From the NCBI RefSeq assembly GCF_009914755.1, contig NC_060936.1: a stretch of DNA of 64,000 nt; one strand, written 5' to 3'. Made by a program: the position numbers and the translations under genes. Under the pieces are notes generated by a model. That model worked only from the letters and a program-made list of their open reading frames with translations. It was not told where the DNA came from and did not search any database. The number at the start of each line of letters is the position of its first letter. Position 1 is the first letter of the stretch. Positions 32,221 through 47,819 of the stretch are shown here, piece after piece. The stretch is from the human T2T-CHM13v2.0 reference genome, Homo sapiens.

Positions 32221-32743
32221 CAGTGGTCCCCAAACTTTTTGGCCCCAGGGACCGGTTTCATGAAAGATAATTTTTCCATGGATGGGAGCAAGAGGGGGAT
32301 GGTTTGGGATGGTTCAAGTGCGTTACATTTATTGTGCACTTTATTTCTATTATTATTACATTGTAATATATAATGAAATAATTCTACAACTCACCGTAAT
32401 GTAGAATCAGTGGGAGCCCTGAGCTTATTTTTGTGCAACTAGATAGTCCCATCTGGGGGTGACGGGAGACAGTGACAGATCATCAGGTATTGGATTCTCA
32501 TAAGAAGCACACAACCTAGATCCCTCGCATGTGCAGTTCACAACAGGGTTTGTGCTCCTATGAGAATCAAATGCCTCTGCGGACCTGACAGGAAGCAGAG
32601 CTCTGGTGGTAATGCCAGCAATGGGGAGTGGTTGTAAATATAGGTGAAGCTTTGCTCACTCATTCCCTGTTCACCTCCTGCTGTGCTCCAGGTTCCTAAC
32701 AGGCCACAGTACCGGTCTGTGGCCTGGGGCTTGGGGACCTCTG
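32221..32743. mobile_element. MER1A (hAT-Charlie) element, complete
   Basis: TIRs cagtggtccccaa...ttggggacctctg; perfect 8-bp TSD gtctggtc (32213-32220 / 32744-32751). Confidence 0.9.
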
Positions 32744-32843
32744 GTCTGGTCAATTACACATTTCTCCTGAATTCTGGAGAGACAACATACCAGTTCCTCA
32801 GAGGAAACAAAGATTTTCTTAAAAATCACATCAAATTAAATTA

Positions 32844-33275
<432 letters not shown>

Positions 33276-34161
33276 ACCCCACCACATTCTCAAGTTATAA
33301 GAAGTTAGTTCTTCTTCCCTCATGTTACTTAAGATTTGAATTCATGATTGTATAGAATCATTAGTTGTCTTAAACAAGCAAGGGCACTAAATGAATGACC
33401 ATTACAGGGAAGACAGTAGATTCCATGAGAGGATGTGTCTTGAGAATGTATATGAACATGAAGACTTCATCTTTGAGAAAGAGGAATAACTTTCAGAGGA
33501 AGGTGATTCAAGTGAACCAAGACATGACACTGAAGAAGAATGGTGGGGGTGGTAGGGAGTAAAACTATCGCAGCTGTGTGTACACAAAAGGGAATGAACC
33601 AGGGTTGGGAGTGCAGTGGTGTGAGTTGTGACTTGGGCCTAGAATGCTTGATTGAACATAGCATTACTGGCTTTGCTGTCCTGAGTGAGTCAGTGGGCAG
33701 TTGTAAAAAAAAAAAGAAAAGATGAATAATTTAACTTTTAATAAACAAAGTTTGACAATCCTCTGCATAAAACATTTCTTATCTAATGCTTTTAATATTT
33801 TTTTATCACTAGTTTTGAAGAACTTAATTATAATGTACATGTAAGTAGATTTTCTTATGTTTCTTTTGCTTGGGGTTCATGGACTTTCTAGATCTATATG
33901 CTTATAGTTCTAGCAATTTGGAAACATTTCAATTTCAGTATTTAAATCTCAGTTTTCAACTGTAAGTTCTTTGAATACTTTTTGCCCCCTCCTATGTATC
34001 CAGAGACTGCTTTTAGGCGTACGTTGGGCCCCTTGCAGCTGTCCCGCAGGTCACTGATACTCCGTTCATACACTTTTTAAATGCTCTTTAATGTGTTTCA
34101 TTTTGTTTAGTTTTCATTGCAATGTCTTCGGATTCGGGCATCTTTTCTTTCACAGTGTCTT

Positions 34162-35956
<1,795 letters not shown>

Positions 35957-35999
35957 CAGTGTCTTATATCTACTAGTAATTTGAGGACTTTTAAAAATT

Positions 36000-37867
36000 A
36001 TTCATTGTAGCTAAAGGTTTACTAATATTGTTAATCTTTTCTAAGGTCCAACTTTTGGCTTTGTTTATTTTCTCTATTTTCCACTCTATTTTATGTACAT
36101 ACCTTCTAGTATTTATTGTTCATTTGGCTGGCGTTGGGTTTAATTTATTTTCCTTTTTCTAGTTACTTAAGGGATGAAGTTAGGTTGTTGGTTTAAGATG
36201 TTCTTTCCAATGTATTTAAAGATATAAATTTGCCTCTAAGCACTACTTTTGTTGCATCCCGTATGTTTTGGTATGTTGTGTTTTTATTTTCATTAGCTTT
36301 AAGATATTTTCTAATTTCCCTTGTATTTTTTCTTTGACTCATTGGTTATTTAAAAGTGTTGTTTACATTCTAACTAATTTTCAAATTTTTAGTTTTACTT
36401 CTGTTACTGAATTCTAGTTTCATTCCATTGTGATAGGAAATAATGCTTTCTATGAGTTTACTCTTTTAAAATTAATTAAGACCAGTTTTGTGGTCTAACA
36501 TATAGTCTGTCCTGAAGAATTCTCCATGAGCACTTCAAAAAAATGTATATTCTGCTGCTGTTGGTTGGAATATTCCATATGTCTTTTAGGTCCAGTTGGT
36601 CCATAGTGTTGCTCAAGTCCTCTACTTTCTTATTGTTCTGGTTGTTTTTTGCATTATTGGACGTAGGCATTACATTCTCCAAGTATTATTGGAGAGCTAT
36701 CTATTTGTCTCTTCAGTTATGTCAAAGTTTGTTTCATATATTTAAAGGTTCTGATATTTAGTGCCTATATGTTTATAATTGTGATTTATTCTTGAGGAAT
36801 TGACACTTTTATTAATATATGATATTCTTTGTCTTTTATATATATACATTTACTTTATCTGACATTAGTATGGCCATCCCAATTTCTTTTGGTTACTCTT
36901 TGCTTGGAATATCTTTTCCATTCTTTCATTTTCAACTTATATGTGTTTTCAGGTCTGAAGTGAGTCTTTTATAGACACCTTCTTATTAGATCCTGTTTTT
37001 GCTATCAATTCTGCCCATCCATGCCTTTTAATTGGGAATTTTAATTCATTTATATTTAATGCAATTACTGATGGGGAAGGACTTATATTTTCCATTTTCC
37101 TATTTATTTCAGGGTGTCTTATAGTTATTTTCCCACTCATTTTTTCCATTATTGCCTTTCTTTGTGATTAGCTGTTTTTTTTTTTTCGTAGAGACACATT
37201 TTCATTATCTTCTTTCCTTTTGTGTATATTCTATAATTTGTGTTAACTTAAAGATTATTTATAATATTTAAAATTTTTAACAACCTATTTTTAATCAATA
37301 CTAACAACTTCAGTGGCAAACTAAAACTCTACTCCTACACAGCTCCACCCCTCTGCTTTATGATATCAATATCATAAATTACATCTGTATTTATTTTGTA
37401 ACTATTAACATAGATTTATTATTAATTTATTCAATTGCTTCTAAATGTTATAAAAAATAAAAAGTGAAATTACACACCAAAATCTTAATGATGTTGGGCA
37501 TTATATTTCGCTGATGCATTTATCTTTACCAGAGATCTTTATATCTTCATATGATGATGATGAATTATTGTCTTGCATCCTTCCATTTTACTCTATAGAA
37601 CTCTCTCTAGCTTTTCTCTTAGGGCAGGTTTAGTGCAATAAACTGCCTCAGATTTTTTTTATCTTGAAATGCTTTAATTTCACCCTCATTTTTTAAGGAT
37701 GGTTTTGCCAGATATTAAAATTTTGATTGACAGTTTTTTTTAATTCATAACTTTAGATATACCACCTCTGCCTTGTGGCCTCCAAAGCTTCTGCTGGACA
37801 CTCCACTGGTAATTTTATCAAGGAGCCCTTGTTTGTGACAAATATTTTCTTGTTTTGTTTTGTTTTG

Positions 37868-37900
<33 letters not shown>

Positions 37901-38770
37901 AAGATTTGCTGCTTGGCTTTGGCTTTTGCCAGTTTGATTATATCTTATTGTGGGTCTCTTTTCATTTATGCTACTTGGACTTCATTAAGCTTTTTGGATT
38001 TGTAAGATTCATGATTTTTTTTTAAAATCAAATTTGGCAAATTTCTTTATTTTTTAAATACTCTTTCTTTTCCTATTCTATGACACTTATAATGGGTATA
38101 TTGGTCTGTTAAATAACGTCCATTAAATCTCTTAGTCTCTGTTCACTTTTCTCTGTTCTTTTAAAAAATTTCTTGTCTTCTGACTCAGTAATTTCAAATG
38201 GTTTACTTTCCAGGTAGCTGATTCTTTTTTTTTTTTTTTTTGTAGTAACAGTATATTTTTCAGTTCTGTTATTTAATTTTTCGTCTCTAGAATTTGTTTG
38301 ATTTTTATATTAATATTTTCTATTTGTTGATATTCTCATTTTGTTCTATGTATCACCCACTTTTCTTTAGTTATTTTTCTGTTTTTTTCTTTAACTTTTT
38401 GTCATATTTAGTACAGTTATTTTGAAGTCTTAGTCTACTGATCTGATATTTGTGCTCCCTCATGAACAGTCTCTAAAGATTCATTTTGTTTCTTCCAATG
38501 GGTTGTGTTTTCCTGTTTCTTCGTATGCTTTGAGATTTTTTTGAAAATTGAGCACTTGAAAAAAACAGCTACCTCTCCCAATCTTTGAAGACTGGCTCTT
38601 TGCCAAGGCAATTCTCTATTAACTGTGTACTGTAGGTCTTGGGATTAGCTTTAGGTAAAGGCTTAAGGTCTTCTCAGGTCTTTTGGAGCATGAATTTTCC
38701 TGGGTCTTTGTGTGGCTTTTTCTGTTTTCCCATACATGTGGCTACTTTTGAGTGTCTTAATGTCCTGGAG
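36000..38770 (-). mobile_element. old L1M (ORF1/ORF2 region) fragments
   Basis: T-rich antisense L1. Minus ORFs give L1 endonuclease-like text (DLSNTMDQLDLKDI; IALNINELKFPIKRH). Confidence 0.8.
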
Positions 38771-39534
38771 AGTCACATTCCAAATTTTCTTGACTTCTTT
38801 ACTTAACATTCTGAGTATTTGTTTAATTGTAGGGAGACAAACTTGCTAGCCTGCTGATGACCTGGTGAATCTAGCTTAGGTCAGTTTTTCCTTACTTACC
38901 CCAATACCTCTATAAACGTATGAGTCCAAAGGAAACAGAATTTCTTTTCTGTAGTACAATTTATACTGTGTTCAGTTGTGCTTAGCTCAAGCTCTCCTCC
39001 TTCTGCTCTGACAAGTTTCAGTGGCACCATGCACTATCCCTATTTTTTTACCTTGTATCATGAGTCATTTGTGGTGTTTTTATTATTTAATTACTAGGCA
39101 GTGTCCAACACAATATAAACTACTCTTTCTGAATAATAGGCTTTGGAAGTAGAACATATTCACATATTCTCTCCAGCCACATTGGGATGGGAGGCATTCT
39201 CTTTGGGGGAACAATAATTGGGAATTCAACCAAAGTAGAATAGCCAGTGATAAGTTGTTCATAGGAATTATATCTGTGTACTACAAAGTCCTGGAACAAA
39301 AGATCTATTGAAAAATAGAAATTTAGATAATGAGTATGTTTGAAATTTCAGCTATTGAAAAAATCGGAAGAATCAACCACCACTAAGTCTACCTGCAGAC
39401 AAAGTAGTCCTTCCAAAGACATATATGTCTCAGGGGGAGGAAATAGAACTAAATGGACCTTGAATGTTTAATTCATGTCTTCACTTGTCACTGAAAGAAA
39501 TAGAGAGTGAAGAACAATATGAAAATGAGACTCT

Positions 39535-39665
39535 TAATATGACTTCTTCACACAAATGCATATGGCTATCTTTCATTAGAAAAAGAGGTTGAAAAAATAT
39601 ATATTTATGCTTTCCCAAACTCTAGATATATACACCAAACCTTGGGAAAAGGGAATCTGTAAGAC
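39535..39665 (-). pseudogene. possible decayed exon 7 (last CTLD exon)
   Basis: After cttcttcgtAG, phase-2 SYRFPFPKVWCIYLEFGKA*IYIFSTSFSNER*P, then shifted CICVKKSY*. Resembles the C-x-Y...IFSxxC...IC-x-K end of NKC CTLDs. Confidence 0.33.
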
Positions 39666-39836
39666 CTACGAAGAAGCCAAAGAAACTTAGATCATTTGTA
39701 GCAAAAGGAGCAATGAGCAGAGATAAATAGAATTAGTCTGCAAGCAAGACTTAGTTGATGGGAAAGAGAAACACTAGGAAACTGTGATTCTGAGGTACCT
39801 GGGGATGCTTCTACTTTTGAGATCAAAAGCATTTAT

Positions 39837-39942
39837 TCTGTTCTGTAATATCCACCCTGAGTAACCCATGGCCTCCTGAATATCCACTAAAGACACAGTA
39901 GATAGTTCTGGCTAGAATGCCCACAGCCTTCAGTGTAAAATT
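39837..39942 (-). pseudogene. possible decayed exon 6 (WIGL-type CTLD exon)
   Basis: After ttcttAG, phase-0 NFTLK...YCV... then, in another frame, RPWVTQGG (resembling PWxWxDGS). Heavily degraded with no clear donor. Confidence 0.3.
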
Positions 39943-40359
39943 CTAAGAATTATTCTAATATACAATTCTTCTTATTGGCTTAATTAAATATTGTTCTAGT
40001 GATTGCCAATTACTCCATCACATTATTGTTGTTCCATTTTTAAGATGCATTCCTCCATCATTATCATAGTTATATAGAATATTTTGTTATTATTTTGGTC
40101 ATTTTCTGAAAGTCATAATATTCATCCTTGACTTATTAATGTCCAATATATGTAGTTACTTTACATTTTCCTAGCCATTATAAGAAATTTAGAGCTTTTT
40201 AGTTCTATTTATTATTCTTTTGAGTTAAAATGCAACTCTTTAATGTAAGTGTATGTACTGTAGTAAACTTTAGTTTTATGCAATTAAAGTAGTGGACATT
40301 ATTTATGGTTTCATATAATTGCTATTCATTTAGACTTACATCTGTATTTACCTATTTCA

Positions 40360-40730
<371 letters not shown>

Positions 40731-41232
40731 AAAGATATTCTTCTAGTGTACTTTCTTAATACAGATATAAAGATATAATAAATTGTTTTTGCTCTACTTA
40801 AATGGTCTTTCTTTTACCTATGGAGTATAACTAGATGCTCATATCATTCCCATCTGTATAACTAAATGCTCATATCATTCCCATCTGATGAGATGATTGC
40901 CTCTGAGGATAGAATTTTAGTATGGCAGTTGTTGTCAATCAATAATCATATAGCCTTCATTTTCTTTTTCTTTTTGTAGGTTAGCTTCCATTATAATTGT
41001 TGCTCCTTTGAAAGTAAACTTTGCTTCTCTTCCTACCTGTAAGTTTCTGTTTGTCTTTTTTTTTCAACAGTTATATATGATACACCTAACTTGTCATTTT
41101 ATTCACCCTGCTGGAGTTCATAAGCCTTTGATAGTATGTAGTTTGATATTTTCTATCAGTTGTGGAAAATTCAGATATTATCTCTTCTACTCTAGGTTAT
41201 GGGGAAATTGTGATTTATAAAAACAAATTTTA

Positions 41233-41690
<458 letters not shown>

Positions 41691-41729
41691 TTTTGAGGTA
41701 ATAGACCATTAGGAGCAATTGCCTTAGCA

Positions 41730-42030
41730 AATTCATTGCTCTTTATGTGCATTTTTTGTTTGCTCTTGCTGAAAGAGCTCATTGCTGATGTGTATATACA
41801 AGTTCACTTTGAAGCACCATATGTAGATGAGATGAGAGTAATGCAATTGGAAGAGACTTTCTGGTGTGCTCTGTTGAAAGTTATTCAAAGTGAAGTCTGG
41901 CTCAGTAGGGAAGGATGTTGCAATTATGAAGAGCGCCTTCTAAGAATACTGTATGGAAATTTTCAGCATATATGCCATAAATTTACCATCATTGATCTGA
42001 ATTGAAGTCTTTATTAAAGGCAATAACAGA
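41730..42030 (+). mobile_element. ancient hAT/Charlie transposase fragment
   Basis: Across frames: IHC..., ALLKVIQSEVWLSREG (cf. LLLHTEVRWLSRG), AYM...IDLN*SL (cf. LAYLxDIF..LNxLNLSLQG). Confidence 0.55.
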
Positions 42031-42924
42031 ACTTCAATACAATGAAAAAGAAGAAATAATATAGAAGTAATAGTCACATAGTAGAGGAGAACTAAAATAT
42101 AAAAGACATCTATATTCTTTAGGCTTGCTAGGATCTACTGCGGGAAACATTACTGCTGTTAATGTCTTTTATTCACATTCCAAACAATAATTAGTATCAA
42201 AATAGTCCTTATGAAGAGCTATTATTCTTTTTCTCACTGTTCCTCTTTAGAAGATACATGCAGGGTAGAAAAACGTAAATCTGCTTGTATAAGCAGCTCT
42301 GACTATTTACAAAGAAGCAATATTCTTACAATTTGATTCATTATGATTTTTTGTTCTGGGATCAGCAAAGCATAATGACTATGTTCCTGATCTTTAGAGT
42401 TAGACTCTTTTAGCTTAAATCATAGTTTAAGCTTCTAATTCTTACTATTTCTGATACCCAGAAAAAAAGTATCATTCTCTCTGGGTCTTGGTTTTCTTAT
42501 TAATACAACAATGGCAGTGGTAATACTTGTATCATAAGATTAATGGGAAAACACGTGAGTTAATGCCCACAATCATTGATGTAGTACCAGGAATATTTGA
42601 AGCAATCAACAAATATTAGCTCTTTTTTAGTTGCCACTTGTGACCAGATTCCCTTTAGTTTCTGTGTCTATGTGATGTTTTCCCCCATTGTTAGCCAACA
42701 TTTGAAATTTCTTATATTTGCATTTACTTCTGTATGCAAATATATTTAAAATCTAAAATCATTTTAAGGTCATATTTTAATCTTTTGAGTTTGATTGAGA
42801 TGTCTCCAATTTATAAAATGTTGAGTTTAGCATGCTTAAGTGAACACAATATGTTAAAAATTCTCTATTGATAATTATCTGATGTGTAAGAAAATGTAAG
42901 AATGAATATCACATTATACACTTC

Positions 42925-43070
42925 CAATTCTTCGTTATTGGTCTTGATGGGACTGGAGCTCAATGCTTCAGAACAAATTTCCTTGATGCCAAGATTTTAT
43001 TTTCAGTAGATATAAAATGTCAGTTTTCTTCAAAGGAAGACCAATTACCTTGACAAACAAAAAGAACATG
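42925..43070 (-). pseudogene. C-type lectin-like receptor, exon 5 (first CTLD exon, disrupted)
   Basis: Acceptor tatcttctAG|. Across frameshifts it reads ACSFC/CQGNWSSFEEN*HFISTENK/SWHQGNLF*/ALSSSPIKTNNEEL, with C/W spacing matching CD94 (CQEKWVGYRCNCYFISSEQKTWNESRHLCASQKSSLLQLQNTDEL). Donor degenerate (|gaagtg). Confidence 0.88.
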
Positions 43071-43335
43071 CTAGAAGATAACTTTGTCCCCTACAGTCAT
43101 TCAGTGAATTATAATTTTTGCATTATTGTTTTCAATTGTCCTCCCTAACTTCAAGAGAAGTCCTGATATACGAGAGTTTTTCTGACAAGTACACCATTGT
43201 TAACTAACTTTGGTCTTATATTTACAAAGTGAATATTTACCTAATACATATTTACATATATTTACAAAATACATCTAGATTTAAACAGCTTATGTGTGAT
43301 AGATACCAACATTCCCATTGTAAACCAATACTTAC

Positions 43336-43410
43336 CTTTGTTTTGTGATATTATGTTGCAATGTGCAGTCTCAATGGTTGCCTTATTCAGGATCTCTTTA
43401 AGACAATGAA
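43336..43410 (-). pseudogene. C-type lectin-like receptor, exon 4 (stalk)
   Basis: Acceptor aatttcAG|, 75 nt, phase 1-1, open: (I)HCLKEILNKATIETAHCNIISQNK. Perfect donor AAG|GTAAGT. Confidence 0.85.
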
Positions 43411-45249
43411 CTGAAATTCACAATATTTGCAAAAGAGAATACTATTATCATTTTCAAACATTTGGGATGGCAAATAAAACAGATATCAAAAATTTCTTAC
43501 ACACAATTTATGCATTCATTGTTTTAATTGAATGAAGAACAAATTGTAAATTATCATTTGCAATTTATATTAAGGTATGAACTTTTACTTATGAAATATA
43601 TTTATGAGTCAATGACTGGTGATTTAATAAGCACATGTTTGTATATATGATTGATGTTATTCTAAGCAGTTAGTTAACCCAGGCAGTCAGGAAAAAACAA
43701 CCTATGCTATTTTTGCAGCAAACACCTTAGACGTAGTGTACGTCTAATCAGTCACAAAGTACTGTTTATCACGACAATGCTTCATATATCTGTTTCCTTC
43801 TTCACAGTAACATAGCTTTTTCCTACTCAGATTGTCATTATTTTTATGCTGAGGTATTTTAATATTATACAAACTCTCTCTAATTTTCACTTTCCAGTAT
43901 TTTCCACAAATTGCCTCCAGAGTAAACACCCCCAAAGCATACCTTGAATAATGGTACCCTTTCAATCATCTTCAGAGGCTATGAATTATTTATATGCTAA
44001 AATTCTAATTCATTAACATTAAAATTATACAAAATTGTACCATTTACACAATTGTACTTTTTTTAACCAGTTATATTTTTAACTACCTTCATATATGAAA
44101 TCTTTAAACTACATGATTTTGCATTGATGTGTTCTATAATATTTTTATGAATCTGGCACTAGAGATGGCACAATTTGAATTTTTAAAATAAGAATGAATA
44201 TCCCTAATTTGAATTAATTTTAGTCTTAATGGTCCGTGGTCACGTATAAAAGATTTGGGAGACTTGACATGAATTGTAGAAGAAATCTGTCTGCATTTCT
44301 GCTTTACTGAGATCAGATCTGATCCCTGTCCAATAACAAAATCTTATAATATTTTACCCACAAAGTTTCAGTTTAGTCCTGTACAAACTCATGTCCCCAT
44401 GATTTTAAGTTATCTGAACCATGTTATTCCAGCTTGAGTACCAGATGCATTGCTAGACTCATGGAAATAAATGTCATAAGTATTGCTGAGTTGTTCCCTC
44501 GCCAGACCTAGAGTATTGAAGTTGAGTATTTTTCTTATGATGATTTAATGGAAAAAGAAGAAAATATTGTCACTAGTTTTCCATTTGCTCAAATTTGCAA
44601 TTTTCCATTTTGTTCCCAAATTGGGTTATTCCGTATTTTAAATATATTCTCATAGGATGGATGTGGCTAGTCATGGACATGATCTTAGTTGAACGTGAAA
44701 CAACCACTTCCCTATCTTTTTCAAAATGAACTAATGAGAAACCAAATAATCAAGCTAAGTCTTAAGTCATCACTGCATAAGCAAGCCATGCATGAATTAT
44801 TTTTCTACCCAAGAATATTCTTGTTTATTTAGCATTTCCTCCTCTATTTCTGTCATATATTTGATGATTTCTGGTTCATTTATGCTAAACCATTATTATC
44901 CACTGAAGGTTTCCCTTCTAATTGGTAATTCACAGATAGAATTAGCTTATTTGATGCAGGGAACTACTTCTAATGGTTCAACTGCTTCTCTCCTCCCTTT
45001 TGGTTATTAGGACAAAGTTTGATAATAGTAAAACAGAGGGAAAAGCTTCTGTTTATCAGGATATTTTACCAATTTATATTTTATTTCATTTAAAAGTAAG
45101 TATTCACTACACTTAAACTATGCTAGTGTTCTCAAACATTACCAAGGTGTAATTATCAAAGTAGTATGTCCAGTTGCTACAAAACACAGCTTCGCTCTAG
45201 CAATAAAATAGTCTTATATGGAGTGGTAATTCATTTTATCGAATTGTAT

Positions 45250-45387
45250 TATTTTCCAGCTTTATTTAAGTATGACTGACAACAATTGTGTATATTTAGG
45301 GTGTACAATGTGGTATTTTGGTGTAAGTAGACCTGCATAATAATTCCCACAAGCAACTTAATATGTCCATCGTCTCACATAGTTACC

Positions 45388-45421
<34 letters not shown>

Positions 45422-45770
45422 TGAGAACACTTAAGATCTACTCTCTTAGCTAATTTCAAGAGTCCAATACATTATTGTTAACCATAATTACCATGGTGAA
45501 CATTAAATCTCTAGATTTTATTCGTCTTTTAACTGAAAGTTTGTATCCTTTGACCGATATCTCTCCATTTCTTCTACTGCCTAGACTCTGGAAACCACCA
45601 TTCTACTCTCTGTTTCTCTAAGTTCAACTTAAAAAAAAAGATTCCACATATAAGTGATATCATGCAATACTTTCTGTGTCTGGCTTATTTCACTAAGCAT
45701 AATGTCTTCCAAGTTCATCCATGTTTTCAAAATGGCAAGATTTCCTTTTTTTAAGGCTGAATAATACCCT
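45250..45770 (-). mobile_element. L1MA 3' end with internal (GT)n
   Basis: Antisense L1MA 3' UTR; GT repeat at 45391-45419. Confidence 0.8.
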
Positions 45771-46174
45771 CTCTATATATATGTACACATACATGCAAAC
45801 ACACACACACACATATTTACTTATATTTTACCTGTTATTTTTAGCACCATAATCTACCTAGAAATTATTTTTTACTTTTAAAAAAATTTTTTCAAAATCT
45901 ATTGTTAAATATCTGTCATTTTGAGGAACTTATTGTATCATATTATATATAGACATACACATATATGCACACATTATTTGTACACAGAGACATATGACTT
46001 TATTATTAGACTCCTTCCTTTTGTTTTGATATATTTACTTTATAAACTTATCATGTGAAATTACTCACAGCTTTATTTCTAGAAAGGCTATATCCCTACC
46101 TCTTTTGTTAATATATTTCAACATATATATCTGGGCTGAAACAGCACAACATCATTACAGAGGAGTATCCATTA

Positions 46175-46510
<336 letters not shown>

Positions 46511-47570
46511 CTACATCTGATATTTACGACCTTGTGTCTAACATGTCCCTGTACAGCTTCTTCATTTATGGAGCATAATTTCCTTTTTCAATTATTTTCT
46601 CCTTTAAACAAGTAACACATGAATTTACTTTACAAAAGAAACTGAATATATACTGTAAAAAGTGAAGAACACCTCCCTTCATGGTCCCTCTGACACTATT
46701 TATATCAGCAAAAAAGATCACTGTAAAATGCTGTGTATATATATTTTTTGACCGTTTTCAATTTTTTTTGCATGCTTATGAATAAATTTACTTCTTTCTT
46801 GTTTCCATAGCAACAGATTATTGATTGCTTCCATACTAACCCTTGCTTCCACATTAATAGATTATTGCATGTCTTTCTGACTTAATTAGGTAAATTTATA
46901 CATGTGTATGTGTTTGTATGTGTACATACATACTTGTTTCTTATTTTTAAAGTATAAGTAAATGTAAAATATAAGTAAAATATAACTTGACAGTTTCACA
47001 CATCAAATTTGTATGAGAGGGTCCATTCTCCACACATTGACCTATGAGGAAAAGTATTATTTTTGTCAATTCAATGGGCAAAGGATGTATTTTAAAATAC
47101 ATTCTCATTTCCATGATTACCTTTGAAGTTGGACATTTTTCCTACTTATGTATCCTTGGCTCATCTTTTAAAAAAATTATTTGTATTTATTTAACTGTTA
47201 TACTTTTGATAATATTATATGGATTTGAATACGTATTCAAACTGTTTCAACTATTTTTTTCCTGGTCTGTTATTTTTAACCCTGTAATCTACCTAGAAAT
47301 TATTTTTTAGTTTTTATATTCTTAAAAAAATTATTTTTTCATACCTATTGTTAGATATCTGTCATTTTGAAGAGCCTACTGTATCTTATTTTATATATAT
47401 GCACACACATATATATGTACACACATATATATGCACACATTATTTGTACACAGGTGCATATGACTTTATTATATATTATTTGTACATATTTGCATATGAC
47501 TTTATTATTAGGTTCCTTTCTTTTATTTTGATACATTTACTTTATAAAAGTGTCATGTGAAATCACTTAC

Positions 47571-47819
47571 AGCCTTATTTCTTTTTTTTTTTTTTTGAGT
47601 TACATAATAATTCCAGCATTTATTACTTTCTTGATTTTACACTTTGGTTTCTTTTTTTTCTTATTATACTTTAAGTTTTAGGGTACATGTGCACAACGTG
47701 CAGGTTTGTTACATATGTATACATGTGCCATGTTGGTGTGCTGCACCCATTAACTCGTCATTTAACATTAGGTATATCTCCTAATGCTATCCCTCCCCCC
47801 TCCCAGTAGCCTTATTTCT
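47571..47819 (-). mobile_element. short L1PA 3' fragment with 3' transduction
   Basis: TSD agccttatttct (47571-47582 / 47808-47819); L1 3' end ~47652-47804; 55 nt of non-L1 sequence with its own AATAAA and poly(A). Confidence 0.8.

Noticed and set aside
39393-39490. Exon-like segment on the minus strand (ttctttcAG ... CAG|GTAGAC)
   Set aside because: Stop codons in all three frames and no recognisable motif; at most a non-coding exon.
41930-41990. Minus-strand YGIYAENF as the last CTLD exon
   Set aside because: Better explained as the opposite strand of the hAT transposase fragment; no terminal IC motif.
42724-42752. Minus-strand FKYICIQK* as a CTLD C-terminus
   Set aside because: Only ~170 nt from exon 5, with no intervening WIGL-type exon and no upstream cysteines; likely chance in AT-rich DNA.
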